Source of the DNA: Eledone cirrhosa
Lineage: Eukaryota
Direction: 5' to 3'
Length of the DNA: 64,000 nucleotides
Assembly (NCBI GenBank): GCA_964016885.1
Contig: OZ024742.1
Location: 287,990,001 to 288,054,000, forward strand
Position numbers and translations under genes: made by a program. Shown here piece by piece: positions 10,694 through 25,094 of the stretch. The notes below the pieces were generated by a model. That model was not told the DNA's origin. It worked only from the letters and a program-made list of their open reading frames with translations, and did no database searches. Within the stretch, counting starts at the first letter, position 1, and each line of letters opens with the position of its first letter.

Positions 10694-12339
10694 TATATAT
10701 ATATATAAATGCAAGTTTTCGAGTCTGTGTGTCCGCCTAAAACTAAGAAACTAGCTGACCAAATTCCTCAAAATTACATATACATATTCACTAGACACTT
10801 TGACAGGTAATGGTTAAAAAAATTATACTTTGCAAAGCAAGGAATTCATTTAATTTCAATTTATCTTATTTTCTAATAAATATCGAAAGAAATCATCCAT
10901 TTTGTTTTTTTTTTGTTCTCCATTTTGAGAGGAGGAATGAAAGAGAGAAAGAGAAAGAGAGAGAGAGAGTAAGGGGTGAGAGAGAGTGAAGGGATGAGAG
11001 AGGGTGGATGAGAGAGAGAAAGGCGATGAGAGAATAAAAAAATGATAGGATGTGTGTGTATGTGTGCACGCGTGTATGTATGTGTATGTGTGTATGCACG
11101 TGTGTGTGTCAGCGTTCTTAAATTAGAGACGTGTGTGTGTGTGTCATCGTACATATACATGTTCGTTTGTAATATATATCGTTAACAGACGCACACACAG
11201 ACAGACACACACACATATGTGTGTGTGTAGACGTTCTTCAACTTTTCCTCTCTCTAAAGTTAACGATCTCTCTCTATATAAAATTCTTTGTCTCTCTGTC
11301 TGTCTCTCTGTCTTTATCTCTGTCTGTCTCTCTGTCTGTCTCTCTGTCTGTCTGTTCCTATGCATTCTCAAACGGCTGGATCAAATCAAATCAAATTTTA
11401 CAAGTGTCAACATGTAATTTTTATTTTCATTTGGATTAAAAAAATATAATATTTTATCTAAAATAACATTTCTATAGTAAACTATAATAAACCACGACGA
11501 CGACGACGGTTCACATTTTGTATATGAGTGTGTATGTGTCTGTGAGTGTGTTTGCGAGTTCGTTACTATGTACATTGCATACACATTATCTTTACACTCA
11601 GGCAATTAAACACACACACACACATCTACACATACAGATACATATGTGATGACAGACAGGTGTACGTGAATGTATGTCTGAGTGTGTCTGTCTTAGTATA
11701 TGTATGCGAGTGTATATTAGAGTGTATGTGAATGTATGTGAAAGTATATGTGTGAGTGTATATGAGAGTGTATGTGTCTGTGAGTGTATGGGAGTATATG
11801 TGTGTGTGAGTGTATGTGAGAGTGTATGTGCGTGTGAGAGAATGTGTGATAATTTTTATTTTCATTTGCATTAAAACAATAGAAAACAACACACCTTTGT
11901 CACATTTTGTATATGAATATGTATGTGCCTGTGTGTGTGTGCGCGTTCATTAGGTACGTGATTAAATACACACACACATCTACACATGTAGCAACTGACC
12001 AAAAATGAGGTGAAAACCTATGCGTGTGTCTGTGTGAATGTATGTCTGTGTGTGTCTGTCTTAGTATATGTATATGAAAGTGTATGTGTGTGAGTGTGTA
12101 GCAACAATTTATTCATTTGGACACCAACAAAAAATTCCACAATGAATATTGTTTAAGGTGCTTCAAGATTGACAGATCTTCATTTCTAAATTCTATTATC
12201 ATGACAATTTTGAAATTTTTTAATAAAATATAGATATTTTGAAATAATTATGAGAAAAAAAACCATATCTTCATATTTATTGTTTACTAATCTGAATAAG
12301 AACAGCAGTAACCCGGGCAACGCCAGGTAATTCAGCTAG
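10694..12339 (+). mobile_element. Non-autonomous Helitron with internal microsatellites and repeats
   Basis: 3' hairpin CCCGGGCAACGCCAGG then CTAG|T at 12336-12339. The 5' end resembles TATATATAAA..GTCTGTGTGTCC and follows another hairpin+CTAA end at 10666-10693. Confidence 0.65.
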
Positions 12340-12819
12340 TTTATATATTACAAACAAACCCGGGGGAAATCCATGTATTTGTTTTGCAAGGTTTTTGATA
12401 TAGAATCATATGTTGAAACAGATATTGTTATATTTGGGGAAGGTCATGTCCAAAATAATAATAAAACACACCCACTGTTTGGTTTGGTTTTCATTTCAGT
12501 TCAGTATATATATATTTTTATAAATAATTTAGCTGGCAACCAAAAACAAAAAAAAAACAACTTAATAGAAACACAACGGGAGGAAATCACTGAAGATGTC
12601 ACAGAAAAAATGTGTAACGAAAGTTTTGAGAAATTACATTTATATTCATAAATTTAACGGTTGGTCAATAAATTATAAACATTGATTACCAGCTAAATTA
12701 TTATTTTGGCAATATTAGGACACCATAACCCTCCTCAAATATTACAATACCTGGAAAAATCATAATGTCGGATAAATTTGGGCATTATTTTTTTTCCAGT
12801 GTTATTTGACTTAGACAAT

Positions 12820-14990
12820 CGAGGAGGTTGAGGTCAAACAATATGAGACAGGTCGATACATCTCCAGTAATGAAACTATCTGGCGGATCTTTGGATTTGA
12901 TATCCACCAACGCCATCCAACAGTGGTCAACCTTGCAGTCTATCTAGAAAATGGACAGAGGGTGTTCTTCACTGAGACCACGGCTCATCAGTTGGCACAA
13001 GCACCACCTGACTCTACTCTAACTGCTTTTTTAAAACTCTACCAAAATGATGAATTTGTTCGATCCCTCCTATATGCTAAAACTCCAACATACTACACCT
13101 GGACCAATTGTAAGACCTGGAATCGAAGGAAGCAGGGTAATTTAGGGAAGGTCATGAAGTCAAGGCAAGTGATGCTATTGGGCATGTTTACAATGACCAC
13201 CCCAACAACAGAGTGTTTTTATTTACGGCTATTGTCCAAGGATATTGTGCATATTGTTCAAGGCCAGCGTCATTTGAGGATTTCAGGTGCTTCGGAGGAA
13301 GAGTGAGCGCAAATTGACATTGTGAGCGCAAATTGACATTGTAAGCATGTGGAATTGATAAAACTCATCTATTCTGGCAGAAGTACAAAAACAATATGCC
13401 GGACGACTATCTACACCCAGCCCAAAGACATCATGGCAATATGTATATGGAATATACCTCCAGGGTTTACAATCAAGTTCTCTTCGATCTGTTCCATCGA
13501 GTTCGGGCAATGAATAGTACTGCGGGATGCCAGAGACAGATGAAGAAATGGAGGTAACAAGAAATTTTTCAAGAGACAAACTACGATATTCAAGCATTGC
13601 ATAAGTTTGTGGATAAAAATGAACCCTGATTGGGGGATGACCAGAAATACGTCTACCACAATATCATGGAAAATATTCAAAATTACAGGGAGGACTTTTC
13701 TTCATTGGTGCTTCTGCTGGCACAGGTACGACATTCCTCATAAACCACCTGCTTGCAGAAGTTCACCAAAAGCAATATATTTCCCTTGTCGTGGCTTCAA
13801 GTGGCATTGCAGCAACACTTCTGGATGGAGGAAGAACTGCACATTCCATGTTTAAGCGGCCTATAAACCTCACACGACATGAACAATCTTTTTGCAACAT
13901 CAAGAACTCACCCAAGGTTAAGCTTCTGCAAAAATGAAAGTTGGTAATTTTGGATGAAACCAATATGAACCATAAACGAGCAATTGAAGCTTTGGACCGG
14001 ACAATAACGGATCTGAGAGAAAATACTTGCATAATGGGGGAGAGTGACAATGGTTATTGCTGGTGATTTCAGACAAAGTCAGCATGTAGTTCCCCGTGGA
14101 TCCCAAGCTGATCAGGTCGATGCCTGTCTGAAAACATCCTATCTCTGGCCCCACTTTCAGTGGCTGAGCCTTACAACCAATATGCAAGTACACTTGACTG
14201 GTGATGAAGGTGTCAGTCAATTTGCCAGCCAACTACTTAAATTGGGAAATGGGCTACTTGAAAAGGACTCTAACGACCAAATTCAGGTTTCATTTGGCCA
14301 TATCATTGAAACAGAACAAGAACTGCTTGCCAAAGTGTTTCTAAACATTCATATCAGACAATGTGATCCCAAGTATCTCTGGGAACGAGCAATCTTAGTA
14401 CCGGAAAATGTTGATGTGAAAGAAATCAACAGAAGGCTGCTAGACATGTTACCCGGAGAGAAAAGATGATACAAATCAGTTGACACAATCACTTCCCAAG
14501 ACCAGGTTATAAACTATCCAACTGAATTTTTGAACAGTCTTGAACTAACAGGAATTCCTTCACACAACCTGATACTGAAGCTTGGAGCATCAGGTATGCT
14601 ACTTTGTAATCTGGATCCTCCAAAACTTTGAAATGGCACAAGACTCGTCATTAAAAATATGATGCCCAATGCCCTAGAAGCTGCAATCATGTCAGGAAAA
14701 TTTGGTGGTGACAATTGTTTCATTCCCAGAATACCTCTGAAGGCAACTGATTTGCTATTTGAATTTCAAAGACTTCAATTTCCTATCAGACTCAGTTTTG
14801 CCATGACCATCAATAAATCTCAACGGCAATTATTGAAAGACATTGGGTTGAACCTGGCAGATCCTGTTTTTTCACATGGTCAGCTCTATGTTGGCATAAC
14901 AAGGGTTGGAAACCCTGATTGTCTCTTCATTGTAGCACCACATGGCAAAAACCAAGAATATTGTTTATCCAGAGTCTTTGGAATTAGCAA
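12820..14990 (+). pseudogene. Helitron Rep/Pif1-helicase remnant, heavily disrupted
   Basis: GRYISSNE.IWRIFGFDIHQRHPTV.NLAVYLENGQRVFF; VASSGIAATLLDGGRTAHSMF; GDFRQ..VVPRG; RLQFPIRLSFAMTINKSQ; VFSHGQLYV. Confidence 0.92.
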
Positions 14991-16005
14991 TATCGTAATT
15001 CCTCATTCAATGACAAAAGATATTAATTCCTTAGTTAGTCATATAGTTTGTCAGGAATTCTGAAGTTGCAACTTTACTACATAGTGTTACTTTGGAAGAA
15101 TATACAGACATTCCTGGGTAGCTCTGCTATATAAAGTATTATAAGGGAGATCTTTTTATAGTAGCTAACTAGACCTGTTAGAAATGGCAGCCAAATTTCG
15201 TTCAAATCCCAGTCTACTGCCTCATGTATGTATATATGTATGATGCAAAAAGGAAAGGCTGTATGTGACACTTCAATCCATTTCAGATCACAACCAACAG
15301 TCTTACACACACACACGTGTGTGTGTGTGTATGTATGTATGTATGTATGTATGTATGTATGTATGTATGTATGTATGTATGTATGTATGTATGTATGTAT
15401 GTATGTATGTATGTATGTCATGGCAGCCACTATAACTGCTTGTGTACCTAAAAGAAATAGAAAACAAATCTCTCTCAAACAAGATCCTACTGCCATAGAG
15501 GCAAAAGTTGGTGAAAGCTACAGTGTAAAAATTTTAATTAACCCAGTCTCTGCTGCACTTCGGGCCAAGGAGGGTAAACTCTCCAAATATCGGTCGCTCT
15601 CCGACAGGTTTGTAGTAAATATTTTAATTTATTTATGGTTTTTTAAATACCCTTCACATGTTGTTTGAATTTCAGAGGTTCTGATTGTGCCCCGCCTCAC
15701 CACCACCAAAAAACAGGATAAATAAAAAAAAAAACTAAATTTATTTTTTTGGTCATGCCCTTTTCACTGACAACATACCTAATGATTCTTCCAGGTGTGA
15801 AGCATGCTGACTGTAATAGGGAGCAGTGTTAAAAAAAATCACCACTGGAAAAAAACTAATAATATTTTTATCTACATGATTTGCTTTGAACAAACGGCAA
15901 TAAATATTCTGCTATAATTCCTCCTTTAGTTAAAATTCAGCAATCATATTTCAATGGTCAAATGTTTTGTAATATGTGCCAAATATATTGTAACTTTAAT
16001 AAAAT

Positions 16006-16034
16006 ACCCGGGATTCACCGGGTAGCTCAGCTAG
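16006..16034 (+). mobile_element. Helitron 3' terminus (hairpin + CTAG)
   Basis: ACCCGG-GATTCA-CCGGGT followed by AGCTCAGCTAG|T. Confidence 0.6.
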
Positions 16035-16149
16035 TAATAATATAATTCTAGTTAGTTCACAATGTCTGAAATAAAAGATGGAATGGTCATAGCTGGAATG
16101 CTTTTGATCATAAGTCAATGTAATTAAGATAGACCTAGAGCAAAACAAA

Positions 16150-16150
16150 A

Positions 16151-16182
<32 letters not shown>

Positions 16183-16301
16183 CATCAACACTACTACTAC
16201 TACTACTACAGCTACTGCTACTACTACCACTACTACTACTACTACTACCCCACCACCACCACCACCACTACTACTACTACAGCTATTGCTACTACTACTA
16301 T

Positions 16302-16379
<78 letters not shown>

Positions 16380-16851
16380 CATCACCACTACTACCACCAT
16401 CACCATTACTACTACTACTACTACCACTACAACCACTACTACTACTACCCACCACCACCACTACTACTACTACTGCAACTATAACTACTACAGCTGCTGC
16501 TACTACTACCACTACAACCACTACTACTACTACCCCCACCCCCACCACCACTACTACTACTACTACTACAGCTGCTGCTACTGCTATTATTACTACTGCT
16601 ACTACCACTACTACCACTATTGCTACTACCACAACTACTACTACTACTGCTGCTGCTTCTACTACTACTACTATCACTACTACTACCACTACTACTACTA
16701 CAACTACTACTACTACAACAACAACAACTACTGCTGCTGCTGTTACTACAACTAGTACTACAACTACTACTACAACTACTACTACTACTGATGCTGATGC
16801 TACTACTGCTGCTGCTGCTTTTACTACTACTGCTACTGCTATTGCTGATGA

Positions 16852-16885
<34 letters not shown>
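16150..16885. repeat. Long compound (TAC/CAC/TGC)n trinucleotide microsatellite
   Basis: Seen directly. It is the source of the spurious poly-T/V/L/S ORFs. Confidence 0.97.
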
Positions 16886-17254
16886 GGTGGGGGTGATGGT
16901 GGTAAACACCTTAAAATGGACAGATTTGTATCAGAGAACCAAGTCTGGTTTCAGACTGTTTGGTATAAAGGGGTTGCAACAACACACAATTGATTTTAGC
17001 CATTTCCCTTGTTTAAGCAGAGGTTAGCCTTGCAGGCCAAATGACAATCTTAACCATACTTATTATGGGGTCAGTTTGAGATAATGTTTTACAAATGGAT
17101 GCCATTCCTAGAACCAACCCATTTAGTTTCCTTTTACGCCACACAGGGATACAGTAAACATATTTTAAACTTGATATAATACACATGCGTGAATAACACA
17201 ATTGAAAGACCTGGAAAAATAGGGACTAGATATCTCATCAGCACCCCCACAGAC

Positions 17255-17550
17255 AAGATGGTGCAAGCATTGCCACAAAGAACAGTCCATTGATTCAGCT
17301 GCATCAACTATTCCACTTCAGATAGCTCCTTTCTCAGGTGTAATTCCATCATTTTGATTTGACAGAGAAAAATGGCTGTCATGGGACCAAGGACATCAAA
17401 AGTTTCAATAGTGACCGTTACAAAAAGGATTGGTCCGTCAAAGCTTGATATTTGTTTATTTTATACTCTTCTGTATTGTCAGTAGCATCTGCCCAAGTTT
17501 ATAGCCAAAGTGATGGGGTTTGTACAAGAGAAAGTGTCACAATATGTGTA
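17255..17550 (-). pseudogene. Degenerate 3' end of a CRE-like RLE retrotransposon
   Basis: The minus strand reads KYQAL..FFVTVTIETFDVLGP...GNA, similar to the C-terminus at 40624-40881. Confidence 0.5.
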
Positions 17551-17999
17551 TATAATCTGTATTATAATATTTTACCGCATTTTGCTGTCTGTCTCTCAAA
17601 CATAAATATTACAATCTAACAAAACCATTCTGCGAGTTTTATGTAGACTGTTCTAAAAACTGTTCATCATGTCAGAAGTTAGCATTCTCTGCCAATCATA
17701 AACATAGCTTTATTACACTTTGGTAAAGAAACTGGATATTACTTATTCCACCTGTAAAACAACAGGTTATGTAATATTTGTAAATACTATTTCTTGTGTA
17801 TAAATCGTCTCTGTCCAACAAACGCTGGCTTCCTATATAAATGTTACTATCAAATATCAGTGTATAACTATAATAATATTGAGACTCAACATAGACGATA
17901 TATATGACAAGTCTGTGATATCTACTTGTAAATAGATATTATGCTACAAATTAGCAGCAAATGGGTTGAATTATTGGGGCATTGGATTAAAACTATAAA

Positions 18000-18280
18000 G
18001 TGTGTCTCAAGCCAGGAGGCTCGTCATGACGATGTTTATCCCGATTTCGTGGCGTGAAGAAACTGAGAGTACAAGACTCCCACCACTTGGAAAGGACGCC
18101 AGTCCATCGCAAGGTTAAACCCAAAGCTATTGCTGGTACTCATTTTCAGCTGAGTATACTGGAGCAACGTGGAATGAAGTGTTTTGCTCAAAAACACAAC
18201 ACACAGCCCAGCCCAGGAATCGAACCCACAACATTATGATCGTAAGTCCAACACCCTTACCACTAGGCCACGCACCTTCA
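18000..18280 (-). mobile_element. tRNA-derived SINE
   Basis: A box TGGCCTAGTGG and B box GGTTCGATTCC on the minus strand, with central TTGAGCAAAACACTT..CTCAGCTG. Homologous to 31431-31713. Confidence 0.85.
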
Positions 18281-18382
18281 CATTGGATAAATGCTTTGCG
18301 GTATTTGTTCTAGCTCCATGTAATCTGAGTAAAAATCCTGCAGAGGTCAACTTTGCTTTTCATCCTTTTGAGATCAATGTGG

Positions 18383-19558
18383 TTTGTCTGTAACACCCTA
18401 GCCAACCAAAGCTTTGTCCTGAAGAGCAGCGATAAACAGACCAGCAGACTGTGCCACCTCCGTAATGGACTCCCTCAAGGCTCCCTACAATTCCTCATGC
18501 TCCTCAACCTGTACATCAGCGACATACCCCAAACAACATCAAGACAGTATGGCTATGCAGATGACCTCGCCCTTCTCTACTCCGATATAGTCTGAACTGA
18601 CGTAGAGAATGTACTAACAGCAGACATGACCGAACTGGCAACATATTTCAAGACTTGTCGAGTGAAGCTGAGCATGACAAAGACGACAGCATTCCACATG
18701 AAAACCAACGAGGCCAATCGCCAACTCATCATTAACCTCGGTGGAATACCCCTCCCATAAAACGCCACATTGACCTATCTCGGAGTGGAATTAACAAACA
18801 GATGGCTTACAGACAGCACCTCGAAACCTTACATGCAAAGGTGTCCACGAGGAACAACCTTCTGAGCCACTTGGCAAACTTGTCATGGGGTGAAGGCACA
18901 TCTACCCAACGTATCAGTATCTCAGTCTTGGTCTAGAGTGATGCAGAGTACGCCTCTCCTGTATGGTGCAGGAGCTCCCATACTAAGAAGCTAGATACAA
19001 CCCTGAACAACACTTTAAGGCTCATCACTGGCTGTCTCCGTCCTGCACCAACTGAATATCTACTTGTGCTCCTGCACAACTTCATAAAGAACATCACACA
19101 TACACAGGCTGATAACCAAGGCGTCAATAGACCCAAGTCATCTGCTCCATAATATGGCTGAGGATTCTAAGCTACTAAACCCACACCGCTTCACGTCACG
19201 CCGCCTTTTCTCTTGTCAAACAGCAAAGTTGCGAAATACAAATTTCAACATACTTCAAATGTGGAGAGCTAGCTGGCAACAAACATCTCGACCGGCCCGA
19301 CTGAATGTCAACTCCCAATACAGCACTCCCACCAAGTGCTAATCTCTCTCAGAGAGAGTGGGTGTCCCCGAATCTGCTATGCACAGGTATCATCCGATTC
19401 AATGTAGTCATGCATAAGTGGGGGTTGCGGCCATTGTGACTCGCCCGAGCAGATTGCAGAACACATACTGAGGGAGTGCCCGGATCTCCTCTACCGTGAG
19501 CTGGTCGCAGAAACTGGTGGATGAAATGCGGAAGAAGAAGAAGAAGAAGAAGAAGAAG
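18383..19558 (+). pseudogene. 5'-truncated LINE RT remnant with (GAA)n tail
   Basis: NGLPQGS..LLNLYISDIP..YGYADDLAL, TYLGV, AEYASPVW. Multiple stops. (AAG)n at 19531-19558. Confidence 0.8.
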
Positions 19559-21915
19559 ATTTTTTTCTTTCCTTTTTTGCCACAAGAGCACCGAAAAAGG
19601 TTACGTTAAACAGAAAAAGAATGTTTTATAGAGTTATTTCCCTTGGACGCGAAGCAAATTTTTACCTCTTTACGTTCTCTAGTGAGTGATTTAGAAGAAA
19701 ATTGATTTGTTGCTTCAAATGTTTATAGTATATCTATTCATAAATGTTTATACTATCCTTAAAATGTACAATAGACTTTAATTTTTATTGTGAAACGGCC
19801 ATAGTGCGTTTTTATTCTTTCAAAAATGTCGTGCTGATGTGGTACTATGTAGTATACATACATATGTATATGTGTATATACATATACATATAAACTTAGA
19901 AAAATTAGCAGAGAGGACAAGACAATGAATGAAAACAAGGTGAAACAAAAAACAATTTTTCAAGAGGGACCTTTAAAAATTGTTGGCTTTTATTTTTAAT
20001 AAAAATACAAATGATACAGAACTCCAGGGTCATCAGTTGTTGAGATGGACTTGGGCAGTTGTGACCCCCTCCTAACGGTACTGCTGGTCCACGCGCGCGC
20101 GCGTGTGTGTGTGTCTGTGTGAAGAAATGTAAAGGAAACAACTCTTATATGGAGTAGTCTCCCTTTTACATTTACTAATAATTCTTAGAAAATTTTCTCT
20201 GTCATTCTCTCTCTCTCTCTCCAAGTCCAAACGTCCAGAAAAACTGACGAACGGGATTTGTTTCATCAGGTCAATGCTCCAGCACACAAATCCTTGGTTT
20301 CAATGGCTGCTGTCTGTGACTGGCTTTGAACTGTTTTAATATATTTGTATGTGTGTGAGACAATTCACTCTGAATTGCTACTCAGAGTTTCTCTCTACAC
20401 GAGGAAGATGTGGAATAAAAATGTTGAATGAGTAAAAAATAGAGAATTTTAAAAAATGAAAGTAAGGGAAGGACTCTGGGGTCACAGAAGAATGGGAGGG
20501 ACAAAAGGGAGGCTGATGGGCTCTAGTATATTTATTAATATATGTATCAAATTGTCTGTGTGAGTGTGTTTGACCTCCTTCTGTTCCGAGGACAAGTGTT
20601 CCGATCAACACAACAGCCTGCTTGTCAAATCACAGGCGTGTATTGTATTTAATGAGTGTGTGTATGTTGTGTTTAATGTATGTTTTTTTTAATGTGTATG
20701 TGTTGCGTCCAAAAGTCTGCTCGCTATAGATCCTTCATCATACGCATGCTCAACCGGATATTATCTACCGGCTGCCATCCATCAATTGATGTTATAAAAT
20801 TATAACCACTGACTAAATGTAATCCCATCCATCTGCAAAATAATCGATGTATTGTGCAATATAAAATCATACAATAATAGTTGTATGTATCTACTATTAA
20901 GGGCCGAAACACTAGTTTGAGTGGGGTTTCTTCTCTGAAGACCTGCTGTCCAGCTCTCCTGGGAGTTTCTGACCACTATATATTAGTTATCTACCGTATC
21001 ATTGTTCCTCAAATCTTTCCGAGCAGAACACAACACGACATAAAAAAAATAATTGTTAATATATGTATATTGCACACACATGCCCGAAGTAAGGATTAAA
21101 ATAACATTGTTTTAGCGTAAATTTATTGATTTGAAACATTTTACTTGATAAATGAGATATTAAAAGTTATTGAAGCTGTTTCTAGTGAGAGAGGGAAGAA
21201 GTCTTGAATATGTGAAATTATGGAGGTTCCATGTATCTGTAAGTCCGTTTATATATTGTTTATACATTTTATATCATTATTATTGGATAAAATGTTTTCT
21301 AATTTATGCACAATGCTAGCAATTTCAAGGGACGAATAAAATCGATTAACTCGAGCCCAGTACTTGACCGGTACTTTATTTAGCGACCCCCAGGGAATGA
21401 AAGGCAAGGTTGACATCGGGAGGATTTGAACTCAGAACATAAAGGGCCGTAACTAAATGTCGCAAAGTATTTTGTCCAACATTCTAACGATCTTGAAATC
21501 TACCTGAAACAAAAATAATAAACGAAGCTAGGCTACGTAATTTGAACTGTATATGTATATAAATAAATATATTGTTTACAACTGAAGCGTGTGTAATGAA
21601 TGCGAATTAGCAGAGTCGCTAGAACGTCGGATAGAATGCTTTGCTGTATTAGTTATACTCTTTGACATAGAAAAAGTACCAGTGTAGTACTGGAGTAGTT
21701 TCTTCTATATATCTTTCTCACTCTCTGTCCTTTTCTGGACGGAATCTGCTGTACTCAGGCTTAGAAAAAAGACGGGCTCCGCCAAGTTTAAAATACCCTA
21801 GAAACGACATATGTCAAAACGGCGTCCCTACGACTTCGTCAGATGCATTTATATATATATATATATATTATGAAATACTGTGTGCTTCTTGCTCATAATA
21901 ATTTCTATACTTTTC

Positions 21916-21999
<84 letters not shown>

Positions 22000-22391
22000 A
22001 AATAAAGTACCCATTAAGAATTATGGGGTTTATAGTATATAATCGATAATAACAAATGATAATAAAAAGAAAAGATTGATATGGTCTCCTGTTCGATTAG
22101 TTTGTATGCATCATATATATATGTATATATATATATATATATATATAGTAATAATAAGAAATGTGAAGACTAAAATCCAAAGGGGGCTCGATAAGGATAA
22201 ATATATATCAAATATATAATCATCGATATGAAAGCATCGATTCTTTAACTTTAATCTGTTATTTTTATAAATATATATATATATATATATAATCATGTAA
22301 TAAACTACATAAGATAATTATTTCATTTACCAGTGGTTTCTTGAAGACAGATACTTGTGTCTGTCTTCATTCATCAGAAGACATATTTATT

Positions 22392-22424
<33 letters not shown>

Positions 22425-22789
22425 TAGATAGATAGATATATATCGAACCTTGAGCTGATTAGTGGCGAAACGTGCGTCACCAACCAATAAACGTAATGAA
22501 GGAGTAACCAATCGTCCTTGTTATCTTACTTCACTATATATATATATATATATAAACAAGATGGCGTAGGACAGAACAAAGGAGAGGTACAAAAACAAAG
22601 AAAAGAATCCCCACTCACTGAAGAGGTCATAGAATGTGTGACGAAAGAACTTTGACAATATATGAACAATCATCTGGTTGTGGAACCAACCAACCAAACG
22701 GAAATTTATAAATTTAATTTATAATAAATTGAAGTGAAAGCAACTGGTGCATGTGTTTCTTATTGGCAACATGACCCTCCCAAAGCATA

Positions 22790-24294
<1,505 letters not shown>

Positions 24295-25094
24295 CTAGGG
24301 CGGGTAAAATTCCCGAGATCCATGGACGAGTTCTCTCCAGCGGTCTCTGTCCCTCATTATCGCTGCCATGTCCTGCGTCTCCAACAGACCAGTGTCTGTC
24401 CTTAGGGCATCAACATACATTAACCTTGGTCTTCCTCTTGCAGTGTGTCCATGTAGGGGTTCCCACAGGAGCACTGAGTGCAATGTCAACTCTGGATGTC
24501 GGTGAGCATGTCCAGCTAACCTCAGTCTCCTCTGTGTCACTTTTGAGCTGACTTTTGGGAAGCTCCCATACAGCTCTGAGTTTTTCATCCTCAGTGTATA
24601 CTGATTCATGTTCAGAGCCATCCTCAGCATTCTCATGTAGCACTCAGAGCAGGAGAGTTAAGGCGAAAAAGGTATCAGATGCTGAATTTGCCGACGACAT
24701 AGTTTTGGTGACAAATACAGTGAAGGAGGCAGAGGATTTGATGCGGGAGGTTGAGACTGTGTCGCTGAGTGTGGGGCTGAGAATGAATGAGACTAAAACA
24801 AAATATCTGGTAGAGAATGTTGAGAAGCCAGAGGGGATCATTAATGTAGGTGGGAAGCCGCTAGAATTGGTTGAGGGCTTCCTGTATTTGGGAGCAAAGA
24901 TTGGGAATACGGAAGATGATGTGGTTGAGAGAAAGAGCAAAGCCTGGGCGGCGTGCCACAGCTTGAGATCGGTGTGGAAGTCGGACCTTCATAAAGACCT
25001 GAAAATCCGCCTCTTCATTGCTGTAGTGGAGTCTGTGCTGCTGTACGGGTCTGAGACTTGGACCCTGACCAAGAAACTCACTCAGATGGTGGAT
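24295..25094. mobile_element. RTE/RTEX-like LINE fragment with a 5' inversion
   Basis: 24295-24643 on minus encodes the C-terminus ([25 protein letters not shown]). 24644-25094 on plus encodes the preceding FADD..FLYLG..LLYGSETW..MVD. Confidence 0.85.

Noticed and set aside
16135-17027. Long poly-V/T/L/S ORFs
   Set aside because: Translations of a trinucleotide microsatellite
18205-18280. tRNA gene
   Set aside because: The tRNA-like head continues into a SINE body, and a homologue with TSDs lies at 31431-31713
20724-21099. Small ORFs repeated at 39365-39583
   Set aside because: The similarity is explained by the recent inverted duplication. No recognisable domain or strong start codon
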